Virus record (IMG/VR): IMGVR_UViG_2541047915_000006
Length of the DNA: 19,841 nucleotides
DNA from: a virus
Taxonomy: Duplodnaviria; Heunggongvirae; Uroviricota; Caudoviricetes
Strand: one strand, 5' to 3'
Shown here: positions 9,476 to 16,328 of the stretch, one piece after another
Layout: each line of letters starts with the position of its first letter
Numbering within the stretch: position 1 is the first letter of the stretch
Translations under genes and position numbers: made by a program
Notes under the pieces: generated by a model
The model's input: the letters and a program-made list of their open reading frames with translations, nothing else
Told to the model about the DNA's origin: nothing
Database searches by the model: none

Positions 9476-10029
9476 ATTCCAAACCCCATTTGCCCCGACT
9501 CATCTTCAAGCGGTAAAGGTATTCTCCCAGAGTAAGTTATGTTCAGATGTTTACAGAAGTAATTCCAATACCCTACCAGGTCATCTGGGTTTATGTCATC
9601 TTCGATTGGAAACGCTATTCTATCACTATAGTATCCAGCTTCTTCATAGTATACATGGTAGTGAGCACCGTAAATGATATCTTGGTACTTCGGATGATCG
9701 ACCTTGTAACTATTCGTGTGTTTGTCAAAGTGATAGGTATCTACCGCGAAAACCCTCTTGTTATGATAGAAAGCAATAATATTTATTTTAGGGTAAGAAA
9801 TCGGGTCATCAGGTTCTGAATCCTGATCTGGTTTCCATTTCAGTTCAAACTTTAGCCCTTGTATAGGTATACAATCCTCATCCAAGGGGATGATATGGGC
9901 TTGTAGCCACATATCAGAGCGACTTGGTTTCTGTTTCCATTTAACGCCAGAAAAGTTAACTATTTTTTTACAATAAAGTACTTTATCAACTTCTACTTGG
10001 CTTGGCTGATAATCATCTATTTTTGCCAA
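9472..10029 (-). CDS. Uncharacterised protein A of the cI-distal two-gene cassette (185 aa if started at TTG 10029), in the rexAB position
   Basis: ORF starts 39 nt downstream of the cI stop on the same strand. The ORF-track start is a TTG preceded by AGGGCGG; the first in-frame ATG is codon 40. Rich in Asp/Glu/Tyr/His (e.g. HPKYQDIIYGAHYHVYYEEAGYY). No recognised family. Confidence 0.6.
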   Translation of the reverse strand: MAKIDDYQPSQVEVDKVLYCKKIVNFSGVKWKQKPSRSDMWLQAHIIPLDEDCIPIQGLKFELKWKPDQDSEPDDPISYPKINIIAFYHNKRVFAVDTYHFDKHTNSYKVDHPKYQDIIYGAHYHVYYEEAGYYSDRIAFPIEDDINPDDLVGYWNYFCKHLNITYSGRIPLPLEDESGQMGFGI

Positions 10030-10068
10030 TGTTTACCGCCCTGTAAATTGTAGATAAAAGTGGTTTCA

Positions 10069-10722
10069 TCACCCAAACGTCTCTTCAGGCCATTGGCTGG
10101 CGATAACTTTCCCCACAACGGAACAACTCTCATTGCATGGGATCATTGGGTATTGTGGGTTTAGTGGCTGTAGAAACACCTGACCGCTATCCCTGATCAG
10201 TTTCTTGAAGGTAAATTCATCACCACCAAGTCTGGCTATGCAGAAATCGCCGGGCTCAACAGCTTGCTCAGGGTCAACCAGAATTAACATCCCGTCAGGA
10301 AAGCTGGGTTTGGAACCTGTTGGTGCGGTCATTGAGTTACCTTCAACCTCAAGCCAGAATGCAGAGTCACTGGCTTTTTTGGTTGTGCTTACCAATCTCT
10401 CCGCATCGCCTTTGGTAAAGGTTCTGAGTTCTGGAGAGAACATCCCAGCCTGAACATGAGAAAAAACAGGGTACTCATATTGTTTTTTAACTGGGGCCGA
10501 TGAGTATTCGCCAACAGGTGAAAATGTCCCGTCGTGGTTGAATGATATGTTATCAATACCAAGGTATTTAAACACCACACCAATATCACTAAGAGATGGA
10601 TGACGAGATCCGCGCAACCAGTGTCCAATCCCACCCTGCGTCATACCTAGCTCTTCGGCTAACTTCTCTTGAGTTATGCCGAGCTCTTTCATTCTGGATC
10701 TAGCCAGTTCATACCATTTCAT
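10069..10722 (-). CDS. cI: CI-type prophage repressor (HTH_XRE N-domain + LexA/S24 autopeptidase C-domain)
   Basis: [26 protein letters not shown]; Ala-Gly cleavage site (QAG-MF); catalytic Ser (GNSM) and Lys (FKKL) in the C-domain. Start taken at the ATG at 10722 (AGGA SD 7 nt upstream); the ORF track extends to 10770. Immunity type is not lambda. Confidence 0.85.
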   Translation of the reverse strand: MKWYELARSRMKELGITQEKLAEELGMTQGGIGHWLRGSRHPSLSDIGVVFKYLGIDNISFNHDGTFSPVGEYSSAPVKKQYEYPVFSHVQAGMFSPELRTFTKGDAERLVSTTKKASDSAFWLEVEGNSMTAPTGSKPSFPDGMLILVDPEQAVEPGDFCIARLGGDEFTFKKLIRDSGQVFLQPLNPQYPMIPCNESCSVVGKVIASQWPEETFG

Positions 10723-10839
10723 TTTCATGTCCTTATTATTACGCTCTGTACTGGAACCATCCATGCACAATGTGTATTTTTACTTGTATTCGCAAAGTAC
10801 ATATTGTATTTTTTTATTCGTGTTTACTATGGAGGGCAT
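10723..10839. promoter_or_regulatory. OR region with divergent pRM/pR and operator OR1
   Basis: Plus-strand candidate pR: -35 TTGTAT (10784..10789), 17-bp spacer, -10 TATTTT (10807..10812). The spacer carries AAAGTACATATTGTA, the same core as the pL spacer. TTGTA/TACAA half-site-like motifs recur upstream. Confidence 0.45.
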
Positions 10840-11055
10840 ATGAGCAACCTACGAAAATATCGAGAGTCACTGAATATCTCTCAAACAACACTTGCTAAGG
10901 CAGTTGGATGCACACAGGGAGCTATCGGACATTGGGAATCTGGTCGTCGCTTCCCAGACCTTAAAACATGCCGTGCTCTTGTTGCGTGCCTAAACAAGTT
11001 AGGCGCAAAAGTCAGTCTTGATGACGTGTTCCCGCCGGAACACAAAGCCGCTTAA
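10840..11055 (+). CDS. cro: Cro-like HTH repressor (71 aa)
   Basis: GGAGGG SD 4 nt upstream of the ATG. HTH TQTTLAKAVGCTQGAIGHWESG. Divergent from cI across the operator region. Confidence 0.8.
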   Translation: MSNLRKYRESLNISQTTLAKAVGCTQGAIGHWESGRRFPDLKTCRALVACLNKLGAKVSLDDVFPPEHKAA

Positions 11056-11065
11056 TAAGCGGATC

Positions 11066-11111
11066 CGCTCTTTGTAACAACGGACATTCGTCCTACGTCG
11101 CTGAAAAGCGA
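11066..11111 (+). promoter_or_regulatory. nutR (boxA + boxB)
   Basis: boxA CGCTCTTTGTAACAA (11066..11080); boxB hairpin TCGCT-GAAAA-AGCGA (11098..11111), downstream of cro. Confidence 0.55.
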
Positions 11112-11196
11112 GTTCCAAGATATCTGACCAACTAAGGCCATATGCGTTTCCACGCATACCTTTCAACTAACTATTCACTATTGGAAATCTTAAGAA

Positions 11197-11493
11197 ATGG
11201 AAAGAACAAGTTACAGCAAACTATCACAGCGTGACGTTGATCGCGCAGAAACAGATTTACTTATCAATCTGTCAGCTATTACCCAGCGCGGTCTGGCAAA
11301 GATGATTGGCTGTCATGAATCGAAGATAAGCAGAACGGACTGGAGATTTATTGCTTCGGTCTTGTGTGCTTTCGGAATGGCATCAGACATCAGTCCGATT
11401 AGCAGGGCTTTTAAGTATGCGCTTGATGGACTCACCAATAAAAAACGCCCGGCGGCAACCGAGCGTTCTGAACAAATCCAGATGGAATTCTGA
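11197..11493 (+). CDS. cII: CII transcriptional activator (98 aa), mosaic
   Basis: C-terminal ...LTNKKRPAATERSEQIQMEF matches lambda CII, while the N-terminal two-thirds differs. HTH near ITQRGLAKMIGCHESKISR. Confidence 0.85.
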   Translation: MERTSYSKLSQRDVDRAETDLLINLSAITQRGLAKMIGCHESKISRTDWRFIASVLCAFGMASDISPISRAFKYALDGLTNKKRPAATERSEQIQMEF

Positions 11494-11516
11494 GGTCATT
11501 ACTGGATCAATCCACA
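11437..11516 (-). ncRNA. oop: oop antisense RNA with its intrinsic terminator
   Basis: Minus strand reads ...CCAGTAATGACCTCAGAATTCCATCTGGATTTGTTCAGAACGCTCGGTTGCCGCCGGGCGTTTTTTATT, near-identical to my recall of lambda OOP RNA, ending in the GCCGCCGGGCG hairpin plus U-run. Confidence 0.6.
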
Positions 11517-11525
11517 GGAGTCATT

Positions 11526-12425
11526 ATGACAAATACAGCAAAAATACTCAACTTCTGCAGAGGTAACTTTGCCAAACAGGAGCGTAATGTGGCAGATCTC
11601 GATGATGGTTACGCCAGACTATCAAATATGCTGCTTGAGGCTTATTCAGGCGCAGATCTGACCAAGCGACAGTTTAAAGTGCTGCTTGCCATTCTGCGTA
11701 AAACCTATGGATGGAATAAACCAATGGACAGAATCACCGATTCTCAACTTAGCGAGATTACAAAGTTACCCGTCAAACGGTGCAATGAAGCCAAGTTAGA
11801 ACTCGTCAGAATGAATATTATCAAGCAGCAAGGCGGCATGTTTGGACCAAATAAAAACATCTCAGAATGGTGTATCCCTCAAAACGAGGGAAAATCCCCT
11901 AAAACGAGGGATAAAACATCCCTCAAATTGGGGGATTGCTATCCCTCAAAACAGGGGGACACAAAAGACACTATTACAAAAGAAAAAAGAAAAGATTATT
12001 CGTCAGAGAATTCTGGCGAATCCTCTGACCAGCCAGAAAACGACCTTTCTGTGGTGAAACCGGATGCTGCAATTCAGAGCGGCAGCAAGTGGGGGACAGC
12101 AGAAGACCTGACCGCCGCAGAATGGATGTTTGACATGGTGAAGACCATCGCGCCATCAGCCAGAAAACCGAATTTTGCAGGGTGGGCTAACGATATCCGC
12201 CTGATGCGTGAACGTGACGGACGTAACCATCGCGACATGTGTGTACTGTTCCGCTGGGCATGCCAGGACAACTTCTGGTCCGGTAACGTGCTGAGCCCGG
12301 CCAAACTCCGCGACAAGTGGACCCAGCTCGAAATCAACCGTAACAAGCAACAGGCAGGTGTGACAGCCTGCAAACCAAAACTCGACCTGACAAACACTGA
12401 CTGGATTTACGGGGTGGATTTATGA
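11526..12425 (+). CDS. O: Replication initiator O (299 aa)
   Basis: Near-identical to lambda O (MTNTAKILNF.RGNFA.QERNVADLDDGYARLSNMLLEAYSG...). Contains the ori iterons. Confidence 0.95.
   Translation: MTNTAKILNFCRGNFAKQERNVADLDDGYARLSNMLLEAYSGADLTKRQFKVLLAILRKTYGWNKPMDRITDSQLSEITKLPVKRCNEAKLELVRMNIIKQQGGMFGPNKNISEWCIPQNEGKSPKTRDKTSLKLGDCYPSKQGDTKDTITKEKRKDYSSENSGESSDQPENDLSVVKPDAAIQSGSKWGTAEDLTAAEWMFDMVKTIAPSARKPNFAGWANDIRLMRERDGRNHRDMCVLFRWACQDNFWSGNVLSPAKLRDKWTQLEINRNKQQAGVTACKPKLDLTNTDWIYGVDL
11873..11960 (+). repeat. ori-lambda iterons: four direct repeats of about 18 bp (O-binding sites), followed by an AT-rich unwinding region (about 11961..12000)
   Basis: ATCCCTCAAAACGAGGGA / AATCCCCTAAAACGAGGGAT / ACATCCCTCAAATTGGGGGAT / ATCCCTCAAAACAGGGGGA inside the O reading frame, then CAAAAGACACTATTACAAAAGAAAAAAGAAAAG. 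Confidence 0.85.
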
Positions 12426-13123
12426 AAAACATCGCCGCACAGATGGTTAATTTTGACCGTGAGCAGATGCGTCGGATCGCCAACAACATGCCGGAACAGT
12501 ACGACGAAAAGCCGCAGGTACAGCAGGTAGCGCAGATCATCAACGGTGTGTTCAGCCAGTTACTGGCAACTTTCCCGGCGAGTCTGGCTAACCGTGACCA
12601 GAACGAACTGAACGAAATCCGCCGCCAGTGGGTTCTGGCTTTCCGGGAAAACGGGATCACCACAATGGAACAGGTTAACGCAGGAATGCGCGTAGCCCGT
12701 CGGCAGAATCGACCATTTCTGCCATCACCCGGGCAGTTTGTTGCATGGTGCCGGGAAGAAGCATCCGTTATCGCCGGACTGCCAAACGTCAGCGAGCTGG
12801 TTGATATGGTTTACGAGTATTGCCGGAAGCGAGGCCTGTATCCGGATGCAGAGTCTTATCCGTGGAAATCGAACGCGCACTACTGGCTGGTTACCAACCT
12901 GTACCAGAACATGCGGGCCAATGCGCTGACTGACGCGGAATTACGACGCAAGGCTGCCGATGAACTGACCTGTATGACAGCGCGAATTAACCGTGGTGAG
13001 ACGATACCTGAACCAGTAAAACAACTTCCTGTCATGGGCGGCAGACCTCTAAATCGTGTTCAGGCGCTGGCGAAGATCGCAGAAATTAAAGCTAAGTTAG
13101 GACTGAAAGGAGCAAGTGTATGA
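12422..13123 (+). CDS. P: Replication protein P (DnaB helicase loader, 233 aa)
   Basis: Near-identical to lambda P (MKNIAAQMVNFDREQMRRIANNMPEQYDEKPQVQQVAQIINGVFSQLLATFPAS...). ATGA overlap with the O stop. Confidence 0.95.
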   Translation: MKNIAAQMVNFDREQMRRIANNMPEQYDEKPQVQQVAQIINGVFSQLLATFPASLANRDQNELNEIRRQWVLAFRENGITTMEQVNAGMRVARRQNRPFLPSPGQFVAWCREEASVIAGLPNVSELVDMVYEYCRKRGLYPDAESYPWKSNAHYWLVTNLYQNMRANALTDAELRRKAADELTCMTARINRGETIPEPVKQLPVMGGRPLNRVQALAKIAEIKAKLGLKGASV

Positions 13124-13410
13124 CGGGCAAAGAGGCAATTATTCATTACCTGGGGACGCATAATAGCTTCTGTGCGCCGGACGTTGCCGCGCTAACAGGC
13201 GCAACAGTAACCAGCATAAATCAGGCCGCGGCTAAAATGGCACGGGCAGGTCTTCTGGTTATCGAAGGTAAGGTCTGGCGAACGGTGTATTACCGGTTTG
13301 CTACCAAGGAAGAACGGGAAGGAAAGATGAGCACGAACCTGATTTTTAAGGAGTGTCGCCAGAGTGCCACGATGAAACGGATATTGGCGGTATATGGAGT
13401 TAAAAGATGA
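13120..13410 (+). CDS. ren: Ren (96 aa)
   Basis: Near-identical to lambda Ren (MTGKEAIIHYLGTHNSFCAPDVAALTGATVTSINQAAAKMARAGLLVIEGKVWRTVYYRFAT...). ATGA overlap with P. Confidence 0.9.
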   Translation: MTGKEAIIHYLGTHNSFCAPDVAALTGATVTSINQAAAKMARAGLLVIEGKVWRTVYYRFATKEEREGKMSTNLIFKECRQSATMKRILAVYGVKR

Positions 13411-13434
13411 CCATCTACATCACTGAGCTAATAA

Positions 13435-13468
13435 CAGGCCTGCAGGTAATCGCAGGCCTTTTTATTTG
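13435..13468 (+). terminator. tR2-like intrinsic terminator
   Basis: CAGGCCTGC-aggtaatc-GCAGGCCT hairpin followed by TTTTTATTT, between ren and ninB. Confidence 0.6.
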
Positions 13469-13483
13469 GGGGAGAGGGAAGTC

Positions 13484-13924
13484 ATGAAAAAACTAACCTT
13501 TGAAATTCGATCTCCGGCACATCAGCAAAACGCTATTCACGCAGTACAGCAAATCCTTCCAGACCCAACCAAACCAATCGTAGTAACCATTCAGGAACGC
13601 AACCGCAGCTTAGACCAAAACAGGAAGCTATGGGCCTGCTTAGGTGACGTCTCTCGTCAGGTTGAATGGCATGGTCGCTGGCTGGATGCAGAAAGCTGGA
13701 AGTGTGTGTTTACCGCAGCATTAAAGCAGCAGGATGTTGTTCCTAACCTTGCCGGGAATGGCTTTGTGGTAATAGGCCAGTCAACCAGCAGGATGCGTGT
13801 AAGCGAATTTGCGGAGCTATTAGAGCTTATACAGGCATTCGGTACAGAGCGTGGCGTTAAGTGGTCAGACGAAGCGCGACTGGCTCTCGAATGGAAAGCG
13901 CGATGGGGAGATCGGGCTGCATGA
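13484..13924 (+). CDS. ninB: NinB (Orf family recombination mediator, 146 aa)
   Basis: MKKLTFEIRSPAHQQNAIHAVQQILPDPTKPIVVTIQERNRSLDQNRKLWACLGDV... matches lambda NinB. GGGGGAGAGGGAAG SD precedes the ATG at 13484; the ORF track starts upstream at 13466. Confidence 0.9.
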   Translation: MKKLTFEIRSPAHQQNAIHAVQQILPDPTKPIVVTIQERNRSLDQNRKLWACLGDVSRQVEWHGRWLDAESWKCVFTAALKQQDVVPNLAGNGFVVIGQSTSRMRVSEFAELLELIQAFGTERGVKWSDEARLALEWKARWGDRAA

Positions 13925-14448
13925 CTATCAAATCAAATACGCCAGCACACGACAAGGACTGCTGGCAAACGCCGCTTTGGCTTTTTGATGCACTGGATAT
14001 TGAGTTTGGATTCTGGCTGGATTCGGCAGCGAGCGACAAAAATGCTCTGTGCGCTCACTGGCTAACTGAGGACGACGACGCGCTCAATTCTGAGTGGGTA
14101 AGCCACGGTGCAATCTGGAATAACCCACCGTACAGCAATATCAGGCCGTGGGTGGAAAAAGCCGCTGAGCAGTGTATACAACAGCGACAGACGGTAGTGA
14201 TGCTTGTGCCAGAGGATATGTCTGTCGGATGGTTCAGCAAGGCTCTGGAGAGTGTTGACGAAGTTCGTATTATCACTGATGGACGGATTAATTTTATCGA
14301 ACCATCGACAGGGCTGGAGAAGAAGGGAAACAGCAAAGGCTCCATGCTGCTGATTTGGCGACCGTTCATCAGTCCTCGACGGATGTTTACTACCGTATCC
14401 AAAGCGGCATTGATGGCGATCGGGCAGGGCGTCAGGAGGGCTGCATGA
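13921..14448 (+). CDS. Phage DNA N6-adenine methyltransferase (Dam-like, 175 aa)
   Basis: NPPY catalytic motif ([10 protein letters not shown]) and upstream CWQTP motif. ATG overlaps the ninB stop (ATGA); the ORF-track start at 13861 lies inside ninB. No adjacent endonuclease gene. Confidence 0.75.
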   Translation: MTIKSNTPAHDKDCWQTPLWLFDALDIEFGFWLDSAASDKNALCAHWLTEDDDALNSEWVSHGAIWNNPPYSNIRPWVEKAAEQCIQQRQTVVMLVPEDMSVGWFSKALESVDEVRIITDGRINFIEPSTGLEKKGNSKGSMLLIWRPFISPRRMFTTVSKAALMAIGQGVRRAA

Positions 14449-14621
14449 GACGACAGCGACGAAGCATCACCGACATAATCTGCGAAAACTGCAAATACCT
14501 TCCAACGAAACGCTCCAGAAATAAACGCAAGCTAATCCCAAAAGAATCTGACGTAAAAACCTTCAATTACACAGCCCACCTGTGGGATATCCGGTGGCTA
14601 AGATATCGTGCGAGGAAATGA
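14445..14621 (+). CDS. ninE: NinE (58 aa)
   Basis: [58 protein letters not shown] matches lambda/DLP12 NinE. ATGA overlap with the methyltransferase stop. Confidence 0.8.
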   Translation: MRRQRRSITDIICENCKYLPTKRSRNKRKLIPKESDVKTFNYTAHLWDIRWLRYRARK

Positions 14622-14965
14622 CAATGGATTATTCACAGTTAAGTGATTTTGAAATTAACAGAATGGTAGGAGACATAATTTTTAAAGGCCTTTGGGCAAG
14701 TAAACCGGAAACATCAGGGAATAACACCAACAAATGGTATTACGGAAATGCTGATACAACTTTTGAGCCATTAAATCATTTGCCTGACTACTGCAATGAT
14801 CCGAGCGCTTCATGGCCGATTATTGAGAAATACAGGATTTCTATCTTAGACCAGTTAACTGAATGGTGTGTGGATGCAAAAGGCGTAAGCCCAATATTTG
14901 ATACCAGACCTCTCCGCGCCGCCATGATTGTCTTTCTCCTGATGCAGGAGGCCAATAATGCTTAG
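14618..14965 (+). CDS. Hypothetical nin-region protein (115 aa), DLP12 YbcN-like position
   Basis: ORF with ATG overlapping the ninE stop (ATGA). No confident family assignment. Confidence 0.6.
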   Translation: MTMDYSQLSDFEINRMVGDIIFKGLWASKPETSGNNTNKWYYGNADTTFEPLNHLPDYCNDPSASWPIIEKYRISILDQLTEWCVDAKGVSPIFDTRPLRAAMIVFLLMQEANNA

Positions 14966-15152
14966 CCCATCTCAATCCCTTCAATACCTGAAAGAAAGCA
15001 TAGAGCGGGCTTCAATGTGCACAGAGTGGATTCTATCTAGGTTTAGCGCATACAGAAGATTGCCGGTAAAGGGCATGCCAAGCAAGTCGATGCTGCATAT
15101 GCAAAAGAATGCGCGCTGGAAGGTATGGCGAGAACACAGGTTATGTGGCTGA
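14958..15152 (+). CDS. Chimeric ORF: NinF-like N-terminus ([16 protein letters not shown]) fused out of frame to ybcO-derived sequence (64 aa)
   Basis: The first roughly 18 residues match lambda NinF; the remainder has no resemblance and is the +1 frame of a ybcO-like 3' end. Probably not a functional NinF. Confidence 0.35.
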   Translation: MLSPSQSLQYLKESIERASMCTEWILSRFSAYRRLPVKGMPSKSMLHMQKNARWKVWREHRLCG

Positions 15153-15175
15153 AAGAGGGGGTTATTAAGGCGTGA
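15047..15175 (+). pseudogene. ybcO-like 3' remnant (last 42 codons, no start codon)
   Basis: Hand translation of the frame ending at TGA 15173..15175 gives [42 protein letters not shown], whose tail matches my recall of the DLP12 YbcO C-terminus. An in-frame stop lies at 15044..15046. Confidence 0.4.
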
Positions 15176-15534
15176 ATACCTACAGCATCACATTACCCTG
15201 GCCTCCGAGCAATAATCGCTATTACCGCCATAATCGCGGGCGCACGCACGTCAGCGCAGAGGGGCAGGCATACCGCGATAACGTCGCCCGAATCATTAAA
15301 AACGCAATGCTGGATATCGGCCTGGCTATGCCTGTGAAAATCCGCATTGAGTGCCACATGCCGGATCGCCGTCGCCGTGACCTGGATAATCTGCAAAAAG
15401 CCGCTTTTGACGCACTCACTAAAGCAGGTTTCTGGCTGGATGATGCTCAGGTCGTTGATTACCGCGTTGTGAAGATGCCTGTTACCAAAGGTGGGAGGCT
15501 GGAACTGACCATCACCGAAATGGGGAATGAATGA
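15172..15534 (+). CDS. rusA: RusA Holliday-junction resolvase (120 aa)
   Basis: [47 protein letters not shown]... matches DLP12 RusA. GTG start overlapping the upstream stop (GTGA). Confidence 0.9.
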   Translation: MNTYSITLPWPPSNNRYYRHNRGRTHVSAEGQAYRDNVARIIKNAMLDIGLAMPVKIRIECHMPDRRRRDLDNLQKAAFDALTKAGFWLDDAQVVDYRVVKMPVTKGGRLELTITEMGNE

Positions 15535-15671
15535 TGTTTGAGTTTAATATGGCAGAACTTCTTCGCCACCGCTGGGGGCGTCTGCGCTTATATCGTTTCC
15601 TCGGTTCTGTTTTGACCGATTACCGAATACTGAAGAATTACGCCAAAACCCTGACAGGAACAGGAGTATGA
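15531..15671 (+). CDS. ylcG: YlcG-like small protein (46 aa)
   Basis: [46 protein letters not shown], hand-translated. ATG overlaps the rusA stop (ATGA). Matches my recall of DLP12 YlcG. Confidence 0.6.
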   Translation: MMFEFNMAELLRHRWGRLRLYRFLGSVLTDYRILKNYAKTLTGTGV

Positions 15672-15756
15672 AGTCAGAGATAACAATCAACTAATACTGT
15701 TTTGTTGATTTTTGCTTGTAATTGGCGTTCTGGTCTGATTTTTGTGGAGTAAGTTG

Positions 15757-16140
15757 ATGCGTGATATTCAGATGGTTCTTGAGCGTTGGGGTGCGTGGGC
15801 GGCTAATAATCATGAAGATGTGACCTGGTCGTCCATTGCCGCCGGTTTTAAGGGATTAATTCCTTCAAAAGTAAAATCTCGCCCGCAATGTTGTGACGAT
15901 GACGCGATGATCATTTGCGGGTGCATGGCCCGTCTGAAAAAGAACAACAGCGATTTACACGATTTATTAGTAGATTATTATGTATGTGGTATGACATTCA
16001 TGTCACTGGCAAGTAAGCATTGCTGCTCGGATGGTTATATCGGGAAAAGGTTACAGAAGGCTGAGGGCATAATTGAAGGGATGTTAATGGCATTAGATAT
16101 CCGGTTAGATATGGATATCGTTGCTAATAATTCTAATTGA
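15757..16140 (+). CDS. Q: Late-gene antiterminator Q (phage 82/DLP12 QuuD type, 127 aa)
   Basis: [60 protein letters not shown]... matches DLP12 QuuD. Cys-rich zinc-binding region. The ORF-track start at 15742 is a TTG. Confidence 0.85.
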   Translation: MRDIQMVLERWGAWAANNHEDVTWSSIAAGFKGLIPSKVKSRPQCCDDDAMIICGCMARLKKNNSDLHDLLVDYYVCGMTFMSLASKHCCSDGYIGKRLQKAEGIIEGMLMALDIRLDMDIVANNSN

Positions 16141-16159
16141 TATGCAATTGTTTACTAAA

Positions 16160-16191
16160 AGTTATTAAAAATGGGGCGTGGAAACGCCCCC
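16160..16191 (-). terminator. Candidate intrinsic terminator for nmpC (minus strand)
   Basis: GGGGCGT-ggaaa-CGCCCC hairpin (16173..16191). T-rich only on the minus strand (ATTTTTAATAACTTTT). Confidence 0.35.
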
Positions 16192-16277
16192 AAAATAAAG
16201 GGTAATATATAACAGAAGGTTTATATAGTAAGAAGCAAGGTAGTGCTTCTAAAGGAAGTGGCTTGAGGGCTCCACTT

Positions 16278-16318
16278 ATATGTTGCGGAGGCAAAGCCTC
16301 CCGCAACATATCTTTTTC
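16278..16318 (+). terminator. Intrinsic terminator downstream of Q (tR'-like, about 178 nt after the Q stop)
   Basis: Long hairpin ATATGTTGCGGAGGC-aaa-GCCTCCCGCAACATAT followed by CTTTTTCG on the plus strand. Confidence 0.55.
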
Positions 16319-16328
16319 GTAAGTCAGA

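Noticed and set aside
9156-9819. Plus-strand ORFs 9156..9392, 9393..9677 and 9547..9819
   Set aside because: Antisense to the two cassette genes, which occupy long uninterrupted minus-strand frames. Ser/Leu-rich translations are typical of AT-rich antisense frames.
10205-10634. ORFs 10205..10453 (plus) and 10389..10634 (minus)
   Set aside because: Inside cI, antisense or alternate frame.
10669-10839. Upstream 57-codon extension of the cro ORF (128-aa call)
   Set aside because: It would read through the operator/promoter region and overlap the cI start. The GGAGGG SD supports the ATG at 10840.
11056-11075. Perfect 10-bp palindrome GCGGATCCGC right after cro
   Set aside because: It has no loop and only a weak T-tract, so it is not a convincing terminator. 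It probably contributes to the boxA context.
11351-12929. ORFs 11351..11566, 11842..12057, 11974..12156, 12074..12397, 12156..12350, 12334..12663 and 12738..12929
   Set aside because: Alternate or antisense frames within cII/O/P, which match lambda proteins.
13857-14402. Minus-strand ORFs 13857..14039 and 14055..14402
   Set aside because: Antisense to ninB and the methyltransferase.
15193-15419. Minus-strand ORFs 15193..15396 and 15222..15419
   Set aside because: Antisense to rusA.
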